Position numbers and translations under genes: made by a program. Below, one piece after another: positions 39,245 through 52,270 of a stretch of 64,000 nt of DNA (its first letter is position 1; the number at the start of each line of letters is the position of its first letter). A model generated the notes under the pieces. It had not been told where the DNA came from. It did no database searches and saw nothing but the letters and a program-made list of their open reading frames with translations. Source of the DNA: Octopus sinensis (lineage: Eukaryota); assembly GCF_006345805.1 (NCBI RefSeq), contig NC_043020.1, positions 26,784,001 to 26,848,000 on the forward strand, read 5' to 3'.

Positions 39245-40872
39245 AGAAGAAGAATAGTCTAATGATTCTTTCTACTAAAGGAATGAGACCGGAAATTTTA
39301 GGATAGAGAGGCTAGTCGATTACACCGACCCTAGTATTTGACTGGTACTTTATTTTGTCGCCCTAGAAACGCGTTAAGGCCAAATTGATCTCGGCGGAAC
39401 TTGAACGCAGGGCGCAACATCGATAGTATAAGACAATAACAAAACAAAATATGAAATAAATAACTAAATAAATAAATAAAAGGCTTACATCATATCCCGA
39501 ATGTAATTATTGCTAATTAAGCGAATCATCTCCCTCTGTTGTTTTTTTCTTTTTTTCTTGCCCATTTGTTCTAACATTTTGAGAGAAAAAACGGTTTCAC
39601 ACCTCTGGCGACGACCTGGGTTTAAAAGATGATTACTTCAGTTCAGAATGGAATGGTACAATGAAAAGAATCCCACCGGTGGTTTTATTTAATTTTCGGT
39701 TTCTTTTACATTCTTCCAATACTTCTTGACTCTGATCTTGTTTGTTTTTCTTCGTTTATATAAATATTTGTATGTATGTATATATATTCGTATATGTATA
39801 CATATATGTATATATACATATATTGTATGATTCTACTAGCGATATCTTTCTTTGTTCGTCATAGCTCTGTACAAAAAAAAATAAAGAGAAGAAACAAAAG
39901 AATTTTAAAACCGCAAAAAAGATAATCCTGAATAAAGAGTCTATATTCATAGGCGCAGGAGTGTCTGTGTGGTAAGTAGCTTGCTTACGAACCACATGGT
40001 TCCGGGTTCAGTCCCACTGCGGGCCACCTTGGGCAAAGTGTCTTCTACTATAGCCTCGGGTCGACCAAAGCCTTGTGAGTGGATTTGGTAGACGGAAACT
40101 GAAAAGAAGCCCGTCGTATATATGTATATATATGTATGTGTATATGTTTGTGTGTCTGTGTTTGTCCCCCCAACATCGCTTGACAACCGATGCTGGTGTG
40201 TTTACGTGCCCGTAACTTAGTGGTTCGGAAAACGAGATCGATAGAATAAGTACTAGGCTTACAAAGAATAAGTCCTGGGGTCGATTTGCTCGACTAAAAG
40301 GTGGTGCTCCAGCATGGCCACAGTCAAATGACTGAAACAAGTAAAAGAGTAAAAGAGTATATATATAGGCACAGGTGTGGCCGTGTGGTAAGAAGCTCGC
40401 TTCACATGGTTCCGGGCTCCGTGGCAGCTTGGGCGAGTATCTTTTACAATAACCTCGGACTGACCAAAGCGTTGTGATTGGTGCCCTTTTCAAGCAATAC
40501 TATAATAATTCTTTGTAAAATAAGCAAAAGGACTGAAATTTGGGATAGGAGCAGGGGTGGGTAGCCGATTACATCAACCTCGATCTATGAATCCCGAAAG
40601 AATGAAAGGCAAAGTCGACCTAAGTGGAATTCGAACTCTGAATGTAAAGAAACGGGGGAAAATTAAATTAAGTTAAGCATTTTGTCTGACGCACTAACGA
40701 TTCTGCCAGCAAGATTTCGCCTTTTTATAATTTCTAGTTTAGGCTCAATGGGAGCAAATTGATGGGAAAGAGTTGTTAGTTGATATCACCGACCCCGGCA
40801 TTCCACTGGAAATTTATTCTGAATTGAAGGCAAAGCCGACATCCGGAATTGGAAACCAGAATGACGGAAGTG

Positions 40873-41303
40873 GGGTCTTTTCGGTTTGACCGGCAGTTTT
40901 TAAAAATAATTTCCACGTAACTAAACACTTTTAAACATCGTATACTGGTAGAATGTGTTTATGAAACATCTTTTTCTCTTGGCTTTAGTGAGAAAATTCT
41001 ATAGTTGGTAAGATATTTGTTGTTTTTTTCTTCAATTTCTGCAATTTCAACCAATCACTGACGTCTATTGAGGTTATAAACATTCTGTGCCGTATGAATA
41101 TGTCCCTCGTTTAAGAAACAGATTGGGTTTATTTACATTTGTGAAGAAAAAAAGATACCCTTCCCCCACCCCTAAACCTAACCAAACCTTACTAAAACCC
41201 TAAAACAGATTGAAATGCAATAGATCGATACTAGGGTTATAATTATGGGTGACAATTTCATATGACACCGCTAGAAAAACTGCCGTTCAAACCGAAAAGA
41301 TCC
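40873..41303 (-). mobile_element. Same MITE, copy 2 (inverted)
   Basis: TIRs; degenerate 8-bp flanks cggaagtg/ggggagtg. Confidence 0.85.
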
Positions 41304-41508
41304 GGGGAGTGTAATATCTGACCGGCGGACATTCGGTATTGGGTGACTGGAAGCAACCGCCCAGTTCTGTTGAAATTTTTTTTTTTTTTTTGTCAAGAAA
41401 TTCAATTAATTTTACATTTTTCTGACCATAACCACCACGACACATTCACAAATTTTGTTCCCTTTTCCGAAACACTTTTACCATAATTCCCGTCTCAAAA
41501 AACGGGTG

Positions 41509-41926
41509 GAATCTTTTCGGTTTGAACGGCAGTTTTTTTCTAGCGGTGTCATATGAAATTGTCACCCATAATTATGACCCTAATATCGATCTATTGCATT
41601 GCAATCTGTTTTAGGGTTAGGGTTAGTTAGAAGGGAAGGGTATCTTTTTCCTTCACAAATGTTAATAAACCCAATCTGTTTCTTAAACGAGGGACATATT
41701 CATACGGCACAGAATGTTTTTTATCTCAATAGACGTCAGTGATTGATTGAAATTGCAGAAATTGAAGAAAAAAAAACAACGAATATCTTACAAACTATAG
41801 AATTTTCTCGCTAAAACCAATAGAAAAAAATGTTTTATAAACACATTCTACCAGTATACGAGGTTTAAAAGTGTTTAGTTACGTGGAAATTATTTTTAAA
41901 AACTGCCGGTCAAACCGAAAAGATTC
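41509..41926 (+). mobile_element. Same MITE, copy 3
   Basis: TIRs; cgggtg on both flanks. Confidence 0.85.
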
Positions 41927-42242
41927 CGGGTGTTATATTAAAAACAATAATGGCTAGGACCCAGAGCGTTCCGAACAAAAGTCTGCGAACTAAGATGAAA
42001 TAGAAATAAAGCAATCTGAATGGTTTAGACGGCAAAAAAAAAACATTAAAAAAAAGGGGAGAGTAAATTACAAAACCAGAAAAAATTTTTAATAGAGGGG
42101 ACCAATGCAGTAACCCCTATATACCCCCGCATAAAACCCTAAGAATAATATTAGCATTAAAATAATTATTAGGAATATATCTTTCAAAAATGTCTTTTTA
42201 CCAACCTATTTGCGTTGATTCAGTTTCGAAATTCTGAAAAAG

Positions 42243-42256
42243 GTTGCTATGGAAAC
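42243..42256. promoter_or_regulatory. Strong X-box (RFX) motif
   Basis: GTTGCTATGGAAAC, located between the two CFAP45 copies. Confidence 0.55.
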
Positions 42257-42489
42257 AATGATTATGTTATTCCGAAGACGTTAAACGTCTGCTCACACAC
42301 GCGCAAACACGCACGCACACATATACATATTCACGCGCGTACACACTTACATTTATACACACACAGCAGATGTACACATATACACATAGAGTAGATATAC
42401 AATTAATAAGTCCAGTTCGGTACTTAAGAGTTGCACACATGTGCATACTCATACAGACACACATGCACACACACACACACACACACTCG

Positions 42490-42904
42490 GGATCTTTTCG
42501 GTTTGAACAGCAGTTTTTTTCTAGCGGTGTCATATGAAATTGTCACCCATAATTATGACCCTAGTATCGATCTATTGCATTTCAATCTGTGTTAGGGTTA
42601 GGGGTGGAGGGAAGGGTATCTTTTTTTCTTCACAAATATAAATAAACCCAATCTGTTTCTTAAACGTGGGACATATTCATACGGCACAGAATGTTTTTTT
42701 TTACCTCAATAGACGTCATTGATTGATTGAAATTGCAGAAATTGAAGAAAAAAAACAACAAATATCTTACAAACTACAGAATTTTCTCAAGAAAGCCAAG
42801 AGAAAAAGATGTTTTATAAACACATTCTACCAGTACACGAAGTTTAAAAGTGTTTAGTTACCTAGAAATTATGTTAAAAACTGCCGTTCAAACCGAAAAG
42901 ATCC
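42490..42904 (+). mobile_element. Same MITE, copy 4
   Basis: Perfect 8-bp TSD cacactcg. Confidence 0.9.
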
Positions 42905-43045
42905 CACACTCGCACACTCACACGCACATACACACATATACACACGCTCGCTCACTCACATGCACATGCACACACGCACGCATACACACATACGTGCATA
43001 AACGAACACAGATACACAAACGTGTATGCTTACACATCATCATCA

Positions 43046-43440
43046 TCATTGTTCGACCGTGGTCGAGACAATGGAATTTACCATGCTACACCAGACCTCA
43101 CGGTCAATCATAGCATTACAGAGGTCCTGTTGCTGGATGCCTGTATCCCTGGAGATTACATCAGGGTAGGAGAGCGTGCGCCCTCTGGTATCGCAAGTAG
43201 ATGGCTTCCAGAGAAGAGTAGAAATTACCTCGTTTTCAGCTCTACAACAATGTCCAGCAAACTGGACTCTCCTACCCTTCACAAGAGATGACACAGGTGG
43301 TAATTTCCCATATATTTGCATTTTAGTTGGATGGCGCCTCCACGAGAGATTTTGAGCTCTCATAAGGAGGCGAGTGTAGGTTCCATCCAACCGCCTCTCA
43401 AGCTTCTTTGATAACGTCCAGGTTTCTGAACCATATAGTA
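43046..43440 (-). mobile_element. RTE-like LINE ORF2 C-terminal remnant
   Basis: RRVQFAGHCCR...LLWKP...RGR...YPDVI...AMIDREVW; (GAT)n-type tail. Confidence 0.7.
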
Positions 43441-44583
43441 GAATTGGTTCGACTGTGGCTTTGAAGATTTTAAGTTTGAAATCTCTACTTAAATTGATGA
43501 CCAGATTTTATGCATATCATTACTTACACATGCATACACATACAAACACACACACACGCATATACACACAGACACACATACCCATACACACACGAGAACA
43601 ATGAATGCTTTCTGAGTAATTGAGAGTGAATTTGGTAGATGGAAACTATGCGGAAGCCCATCATATATATGTGTGTGTGTGCAGGAGTCTGTATGTGTAT
43701 GCGTGTGTGTGTGGAAATATGCATGAGCGTCTGTATGTATGTATATATATGTATGTTTGTGTGTGTGTGTGTGCGCGTGTGTGTATATATGTGTGTGAGT
43801 ATATTTATATGTGTATGTGTGTGTGTGTGTGTTTGTCCCCCAACTACTTGACAACCGTTTGTCCTTGTTTGTCCCCTCTATGTTTAGCCCCTTGTGGGTT
43901 GTAAAGAAATAGGTATTTCCTTCCATGATAATGCTTTCCAAACATCTGCTTCCTCGAAAATAACCATAAAAGATGAGATTTTGTTCTTTAATAGTGTTCA
44001 GGTGTTGTCATGTTTCACCTATTTGTTGTAACGCCCATTCATTCGTCCGATGGTTCTTGTTAGAGACTCGTAACAATCTCCTAATCGCCCACATTCCAAA
44101 CGCATTCATTATGTTCTCTTCAAATTTTCTCAGACTCCATGCTTTGCAGCCAATTTCTTTATTTTTTACCAATTTCTCTATTTAGTAAGTTGTGGCGAAA
44201 GAGTCAGCAGAAGTTCGCCATTACCTTCTACTGGAGCCGCGTGGAGCTTAGGTGTTTCGCTCCTAAAAACACACACACATCGCCCGGTCTGAGATTCGAA
44301 CCCGCGATCCCTCGACCACGAGTCCGCTGCTCTAACCACTAAACCAAACACCTTATTGACCAAATGAGCGCTCGTACTAGGCTTGTTTTAAACTTAGTTG
44401 GGACACGGTATATAATAAAGAGGGTTTGTATAAATTTATTACTCGTATAGTAAGCTTCGAAATTCTTACATTCCCGCGCTTTTCTGTAATTCAAACCGCC
44501 TCATGGTCCCAGCAGACAAAATGGAAAAGGCGTTGCTTCGGAGGATATCTTCTAATTAAATGGCCTTACATTTATAACCATAA

Positions 44584-44879
44584 CTAGCAGTATCGCCCGG
44601 CGTTGCTCGGGTTTGTAAGGGAAATAACTATATAAGCATTTTAGAGAGTTACTTCCCTTATATAAACCGAGCAAAAAATCATTAAAAATGCGGAAAAATG
44701 ATTGTAAATTTTTTTTAAATCGTAGACTCATCGTAGATGCGCGCTAATACCCAGAAGGGCTCGATATGAATCACGACTATAAGATACCTGCTTTTGGTTA
44801 AACTGTACCGCAAAATGTGGTTAGGAATCTAAATCGGAGTAGACAGATACACACACAACTTCATTTTTATATATAAAGA
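44584..44879 (-). mobile_element. Non-autonomous Helitron, family A
   Basis: Same termini and hairpin on the minus strand. Confidence 0.85.
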
Positions 44880-45289
44880 TTTCTTGCATTTCTCTTTACC
44901 GAACCTCTTTATCTTTGATAATGTTTTTTTTCTTTTTCTATTAATCGACAAACCTTTTGTTATGCTTTACTTCTGCCTTTTGTTTACGTATTGTTCTTTT
45001 CATCTTTATTTTTCTTTTTAATTTTATTTTTGTTATTCGTCCTTGAAGGCACTATATATTTGTGTCGTCCTTTTGCATAATCGCTATAATAGATGGTTTG
45101 GCAATTATCTAAAACAAAATGGATACAGACAGGAGTGGCTGTGTGGTAAGTAGCTTGTTTACCAACCACATGGTTCCGGGTTCAGTCCCACTGCGTGGCA
45201 CCTTGGGCAAGTGTCTTCTACTATAGCCTCGGACCGGCCAAGCCTTGTGAGTGGATTTGGTAGACGGAAACTGAAAGAAGCCCGTCGTA

Positions 45290-45345
<56 letters not shown>

Positions 45346-46844
45346 TGTGTGTGTTTGTGTATCTATGTTTGTCCCCTGAGCATTGCTTGACAATCGATGC
45401 TGGTGTGTTTATGTCCCCGTTACTTAGCGGCTCGGCAAAAGAGACCGAAAGAATAAGTCCCGGGGTCGAGTTGCTCGACTAAAGGCGGTGCTCCAGCATG
45501 GCCGCAGTCAAATGACTGAAACAAGTAAAAGAGTAAAAGAGTGTAAAGAGAGACAAATAACTAACGCAAATCCCGGTACTCATTTGAAACCGGATCATCT
45601 TATTTAATGCCCCCCGCCCCTCCGTTACAGCAAGACATGTTTCTGCCTCTGTCTCTCTGTCTCACTAACCGTTCATCCTCTGACACAAGTTCCCCTCTTC
45701 AAATGCCCCTTCCCCTCTCATAATTCCTCGCTTTACGAGTTATTCGGTGACCGTACCAGTGCTGCTCTCACGTAAAAAGCATCCAGTCCACACTATAAAG
45801 TGGTTGGCATTTGGAAGGGCATCCAGCTGTAAAAAATCATGCCGAAACTAACCTCGCCTGTGCTAACGCCACGTAAAAAACCACTGAGTCCACTCTGCAG
45901 AGTGGTTGGTGTTAGGAAGGGCAGAATCGTTAACACGCCAGGTGAAATGCTTAGCAGTATTTCGTCCGCCGCTACGTTCTGAGTTCAAATTCCGCCGAGG
46001 TCAACTTTGCCTTTCGCTCTTTCATGGGAAAATAAAATAAGTACCAGCTGAACACTGGGGTCGATGTAATCGACTTAACCCCTTCCCCCAAAACTACTTC
46101 TCTTGTGGCAAAATTTGAAACCATTATTATTTATTATTATAATTATCATTATTATTCATAATAATAATTTCTAACATGATCAGAAAAGGAGATGGAAGAG
46201 AAAGCTGACGATTGGCCATATTTGAACTCAAAACCTCTATATGACCAAGTATCACATTACCGATTCTTGCAGCTCTACTGTAATTAACACCAAATAATAA
46301 ATGATATAAGCACGTAGGTGCAGGAGTGGCTGTGTGGTAGGTAGCTTGTTTACCAACCACATGGTTCCGGGTTCAGTCCCACTGCGTGGCACCTTGGGCA
46401 AGTGTCTTCTACTATAGCCTCGGGCCGACCAAAGCCTTGTGAGTGGATTTGGTAGACGGAAACTGAAAGAAGCCCGTCGTGTATATATATGTATATGTAT
46501 GTTTGTGTGTCTGTGTTTGTCCCCCTAGCATTGCTTGACAACCGATGCTGGTGTGTTTATGTCCCCGTTACTTAGCGGTTTGGCAAAAGAGACCGATAGA
46601 ATAAGTACTGGGCTTACAAAAGAATAAGTCCCGGGGTCGAGTTGCTCGATCAAAGGCGGTGCTCTAGCATGGCCGCAGTCAAAATGACTAAAACAAGTAA
46701 AAAAAAAAGAAGAGAAAGAGAGATGTCTCTGCGGTAAATTTGGAAAATTCTATGGAGAGGGGTTTTATTAGGGGTGGATAGGAATAGTACCAGGTTTCGC
46801 GAGGGAATGGCATGTTTGTACTGACTTCATTGGGTCTTTATAAT

Positions 46845-48221
46845 TCATATTTCGCTTTGTGTCGTTTTTCTTTTAGTTAGCGAAAAACCTGATTTGTGGT
46901 GTTTAAAACATAATTCTGGTTCTGTTTCAAGTAAGACATCACGTTTCAGTTTAACTAAAACTTCCGGTAGTAGCTTCACAAAAACTTCCGGTAGCGTTTT
47001 AACTGACACTTCCTGTTGTAGTTTAACTAGGACCTCCAGTTTCACTAAATCTTCGGACCTTTTCTGTTTGAGTAACCCTGTGGTAATTTTAAAGTTTAGA
47101 GAAAATTTTAAAATTTGGAGTATCGATGTAATTTTCCACTTTGAATCTCATGGGTTAATTCATTTTTTTCCGGAATCTTTTTTTAAAAAAAAAAGGTACA
47201 GAGGTTTAAAGTTCGATCATTTTTACCCAATCAGAAAACAAAATTTGGAAGCTGACATTTTGCGTGTGACTACACTTGTTGCTAATTGTAGACGAATGAA
47301 TTAATGAAGGAATTCTGCTTCACGCACACCACTGGGTGCGTGATTTAAGGCCTATTTAGCTATTAATTTTAGAACATCTCACGACTACCTCATACCTTTT
47401 TAAACATTTAATAAGTGAAAAATGACCAAGTGGGTAAACAGCTTAAGGATCTTTTCGGTTTGAACGGCAGTTTTTTTCTAGCGGTGTCATATGAAATTGT
47501 CACCCATAATTATGACCCTAGTATCGATCTATTGCATTTCGATCTATTTTAGGGTTAGGGTTAGTTAGGGTTAGGGTATCTTTTTTTCTTCACAAATGTA
47601 AATAAACCCAATCTGTTTCTTAAACGAGGGACATATTCATACAGTACAGAATGTTTTCACCTCAATAGACGCTCATTGATTGGTTGAAATTGCCGAAATG
47701 CAAGAAATTAAAGACCAAATATTTTACAAACTATAGAATTTTCTCAATAAAGCCAAGAGAAAAAGATGTTTTATAAACACATTCTACAAGTATACGAAGT
47801 TTAAAATTTTTTAGTTACCTAGAAATTGTTAAAATCTGCCGTTCAAACCGAAAAGATCCCAACTTGGCTTGTTACTATGAACACAAGCACCTGTATGTCT
47901 GTGGCTTTAAAAGCTATTAACTCTTTATTCATCGATTTATAACGAAAATGAATTTCCTATCAATGAATACCATGCAAAACTACATCATTGGAAGAAAACT
48001 ACATCACTGGGTGAAAAACTGAAGAAATTGAAAAGTGGCAACCAAACAGAATAGATCCAAACCTTCTGGTTTAAATTTAACTAAAGTTACCTGCTTCAGT
48101 TTAATTAAAACTTCCGGTCTTAGTATAACTAAAGCTTCCTGTTTCAGTTTAATTAACGCTTCTGGATTTAGTTTTCCTCAAAACTTGCCGTTTCAGTTTT
48201 AACTAAGACTTCCAGGTTTAG
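46845..48221 (-). repeat. Two patches of degenerate 24-bp tandem repeat (46905-47045 and 48052-48221)
   Basis: Units like CTG AAA CCG GAA GTT TTA GTT AAA. Confidence 0.8.
47447..47859 (+). mobile_element. Same MITE, copy 5
   Basis: TIRs; internal TTAGGG-like repeats. Confidence 0.85.
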
Positions 48222-48327
48222 GTTACATAAAAACCGAAAAGTGTTGTTAAGCCGCACATGTCTAAAATTATTGCCCTTTCAGTAGTATTGCGGGCGTAAT
48301 TCTTTTGTAGGGGACACTGGTGTTTCG

Positions 48328-48333
48328 TTTATT
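48328..48333 (-). terminator. Candidate polyadenylation signal AATAAA of CFAP45
   Basis: Plus-strand tttatt, about 80 nt past the stop codon. Confidence 0.5.
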
Positions 48334-48414
48334 GTTTTTGCTTCTTTACTTTTTTTTTGGCTTTTTTCCTTCTTTTTTTACACTTCTTTGTCGTCGGTAC
48401 CGTCGTCTTAAATC

Positions 48415-48484
48415 TTACGCCTTCAGAGTCTTTTGGGCAATCTTGTTCACATGTACAAGATATTTGTCTGGTATTCCAGCATTT
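48415..48484 (-). CDS. CFAP45: CFAP45 exon 9 (terminal coding part)
   Basis: ctctttcag|A AAT GCT GGA ATA CCA GAC AAA TAT...GCG TAA; NAGIPDKYLVHVNKIAQKTLKA*. Confidence 0.85.
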
Positions 48485-48513
48485 CTGAAAGAGATAAGAG
48501 AATCATGTGTATA

Positions 48514-48548
<35 letters not shown>

Positions 48549-50096
48549 TCTTTTTTTGTCTTTTTACTTGTTTCAGTCATTTGACTGCGGCCATGCTGGA
48601 GCACCGCCTTTAGTCGAGCAAATGGACCCAGGGACTTATTCTTTGTAAGCCCAGTACTTATTCTATCGGTCTCTTTAGCCGAACCGCTAAGTGACGGGGA
48701 CGTAAACACACCAGCATCGGTTGTCAAGCAATGCTAGGGGACAAACACAGACACACAAACACATACACACACGCATACACATATATATATACATACATAT
48801 ATACGACAGGCTTCTTTCAGTTTCCTTCTACCAAATCCACTCACAAGGCATTGGTCGGCCCGGGGCTATAGCAGAAGACACTTGCCCAAGATGCCACGCA
48901 GTGGGACTGAACCCGGAACCATGTGGTTGGTTAGCAAGCTACTTTTACCACACAGCCACTCCTACGCCTATGTTTAACATTATGAAAATACCTCACAACA
49001 CAACAACTTTACTATGCGATATACAAACGGAATGGATCCTTGCAGTCTTACAGAGTAAAATAAAGTTTAGTAAAATCAGAACAAGGCACTAAATCTGAAT
49101 ACTGTGCAGAAATATCCATACATTTCACAGCCTTCTTTGTGTGTGCGTGTGCTACTGAGTGGTGGTGAGGTGTGCACATGTGCACGTAGGAAAATATGTT
49201 TTTTGACATGAGTTACATAACCGGTTTCACAGTTTTCATGACTTTCAAAATTAGTGAAGTATGGAGAACCATGAAGCTAAACTGTATTTGCCTGAAAGAA
49301 ATTTAGGTGGGTATTTATTACATATTGTTAGTGTGTAACAGTTCTTTATATCTAATTGACAGTGTAAGCTATCAAAGTAAGCACGCTGCCTGAGTTTATG
49401 CACAAACATCTATCTGAAACAACTGTCATATCGCCCTCATAAAACATATATCGCAAAATAGCTTTTAAAAGAAAATCAATAATATAGTCCTGGATATCCA
49501 ATGTCTGGAGAACGTCTCTGGACAAAGATCTGTAAGCTAAGCGCTAATCTCTTTAATTTACGATTTATCGGAGGAAGGCAGTCAGTACTTATAAATAACA
49601 TTTCGCCGGATCTCTGAGACTGACGGGGGAGAGGGAAGGAAGGAAGGCTTCGTTTCATGAACTGTCAGCACTGCTACGATCACCGAATAACTCGTAAAGC
49701 GAGGAATTATGAGAAGGAAAGGGGCACTTGAGGTGGGGAACTTGTGTCAGAGGATGAACGGTTAGTGGGACAGAGAGACAGAGGCAGAACCATGTCTTGC
49801 TGTAACGGGGGGGGGGCATTAAATGAGATGATCCGGTATCAAATGAGTACCGGGATTAGCGTTATTTGTTTGTCTCTCTTTACTCTCTTTTACTTGTTTC
49901 AGTCATTTGACTGCGGCCATGCTGGAGCACCGCCTTTAATCGAGCAACTCGACCCCGGTACTTATTCTTTTGTAAGCCCAGTACTTATTCTATCGGTCTC
50001 TTTTGCCGAACCGCTAAGTGACAGAGACGTAAGCACACCAGCATCGGTTGTCAAGCAATGCTAGGGGGACAAACACAGATACACAAACACACACGC

Positions 50097-50141
<45 letters not shown>

Positions 50142-52170
50142 TACGACGGGCTTCTTTCAGTTTCCGTCTACCAAATCCACTCACAGTAGGAAAAGCAGAG
50201 CATCAGAATATGAACATATACCCAGACAGGAATCTTGATTTGAATGATTGTAACTGCTGAAGGCTGATAGCGATGTTAAAAGCGGGGACCTAGACTACAA
50301 ATACAATGGGAGTTCTTCTCGTACAAATGCATTTAAAAGAAATAATAATGAATGAACATTCGGAAATAGAAATAATAATCATTTTTACAGAGCTCAAACG
50401 AATGGACATTCGGAAATAGGGACCTGATGTATTACTCTCTTTTTTACTCTTTTAATTGTTTCATTTGACTGTGGCCATGCTGGAGCACCGACTTTAGTCG
50501 AGCAAATCGACCCCAGGACTTATTCTTTGTAAACCTAGTACTTATTCTATCGGTCTCTTTTGCCGGACCGCTAATTACGGAGACGTAAACACACCAGCAT
50601 CGGTTATCAAGCGATGTTGGGAGGACGGACAAATACAGACACACAAACATATATACACACACATATATATATACATATATACGACGGGCTTCTTTCAGTC
50701 ACCATCTGGTGATGATGATGACAATTGTGATGACGATGGTGATGGTGATGATGATGATGATGATGATGACGATGGTGATGACGATGATGATGATGGTGAC
50801 TATGGTGATGATGATGACGATGGTGACGATGATGATGACGATGATGAGGATGATGGTGATGATGACGATGATGATGACGATGGTGATGATGATGACGATG
50901 ATGATTCTAACTGACAAATAGAATGCAATGGAAGAAATATTTTTAAAAAAAAGAACCTGGCATCCTGGTTCAAATGAAACAAACCTCATTTCTTGTATTT
51001 TCTTCTCTTTAATCGCGTTCAGCTTCTGTCTGTAGATGTAATCTTCTTCTTGGAATCGCTTACCCTCGGCGAAGAACTCCTGCCTCTGTTTGATTCTCAG
51101 CTGTTCGTTCTCCTGTATCTGGCTGCGGAGTTCTTTGGAATATTTCAGAGAACGCTGCTTAATCTCTTCGTCCTCACGTTTCTGTTTATCCAAAGAGTCT
51201 TTCTGGGCGCTAAACCGAAGAAGAAATGAAGAACGGTTACGGTATGGTCTGGGCTTTTTTTTTACAGGTAGGGTGTGTGATTTGTTTTTTTTTTGTTTTT
51301 TTTTTTTTTTCATTTCCTCACCTGACTATCTTCTCAAATTCACATCGATCCATTTGCACCTGAGCAGCTATACGTACTTCCTTTTCATTCTGCTGCAGCT
51401 TACGGGCTTCGATTAACTCTGCCTCCTTAACGGCTTTCTTTTGTGCCACCAAAGCTTCTTTCCTGCGCCACTCTCGCTCCGCTTCCTCAGCGGCCCTCTT
51501 AGCTCGTATGGCGTTTCTTTCGGCTCTTTCGTCTAGGGCCCTCTCCTGTTGGGCCCGGATTCTTCCTACTTCCTGCTCTTTCATTATGCGCAGCTTCTCC
51601 AGTTCTATTTCTTGCTGGGCTTCTCGTTCCTAACAATAGAGTTGTTTGGAATTGAAAAAATCATAAAGGAACAATGTGGAAACATGGAAATTACACGAAC
51701 ACACACACACACACACGTGTATATGCGTATGTGTGTATGGATATATATTTGCGTGTATACATATACTGTTATATATATATATATATATAAGTTAATCCAA
51801 ACAAGAAAGCACAAAAAAACACAACAACGCGAGGACGTGGAACAAATATAGTATTATTGGACGCTAAGGAAAGAAGGAGGGTTTAACGTTTCGAGCGGAG
51901 CTCTTCGTCGGAAACATAGGAGAAGGGAAGACAAAGGAAAAAAATCGCTAACGGTACACACGCGGTCACATTTATATATATATAGGGAGAGTTTACGAAA
52001 AAAACAAAAGACAAAGACTGGTGGTGTACAAAACAAACAGATGTATAAGTATAACGCTCAGGAATAGAAAAGGTCTTTTACGTTTCGAGCCTACGCTCTT
52101 CAACAGAAAGGGACACAGAAAAAACAAGGAGAGAAAAAATGTGTGTAGTGGCTAACGATCTATCATGGCG

Positions 52171-52201
<31 letters not shown>

Positions 52202-52217
52202 ATATTATATATATATG

Positions 52218-52270
<53 letters not shown>

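Noticed and set aside
39636-39866. Candidate exon 2 of the CFAP45 paralog
   Set aside because: Good acceptor, but stops occur in all frames before a phase-2 donor and there is no similarity to exon 2.
11860-44345. tRNA genes at SINE heads (11860, 16843, 37585, 44270)
   Set aside because: No complete cloverleaf; each continues into a multi-copy SINE body.
49476-49600. Alternative terminal exon for CFAP45
   Set aside because: The phase-compatible frame gives a short unrelated peptide; 48415-48484 matches the family C-terminus.
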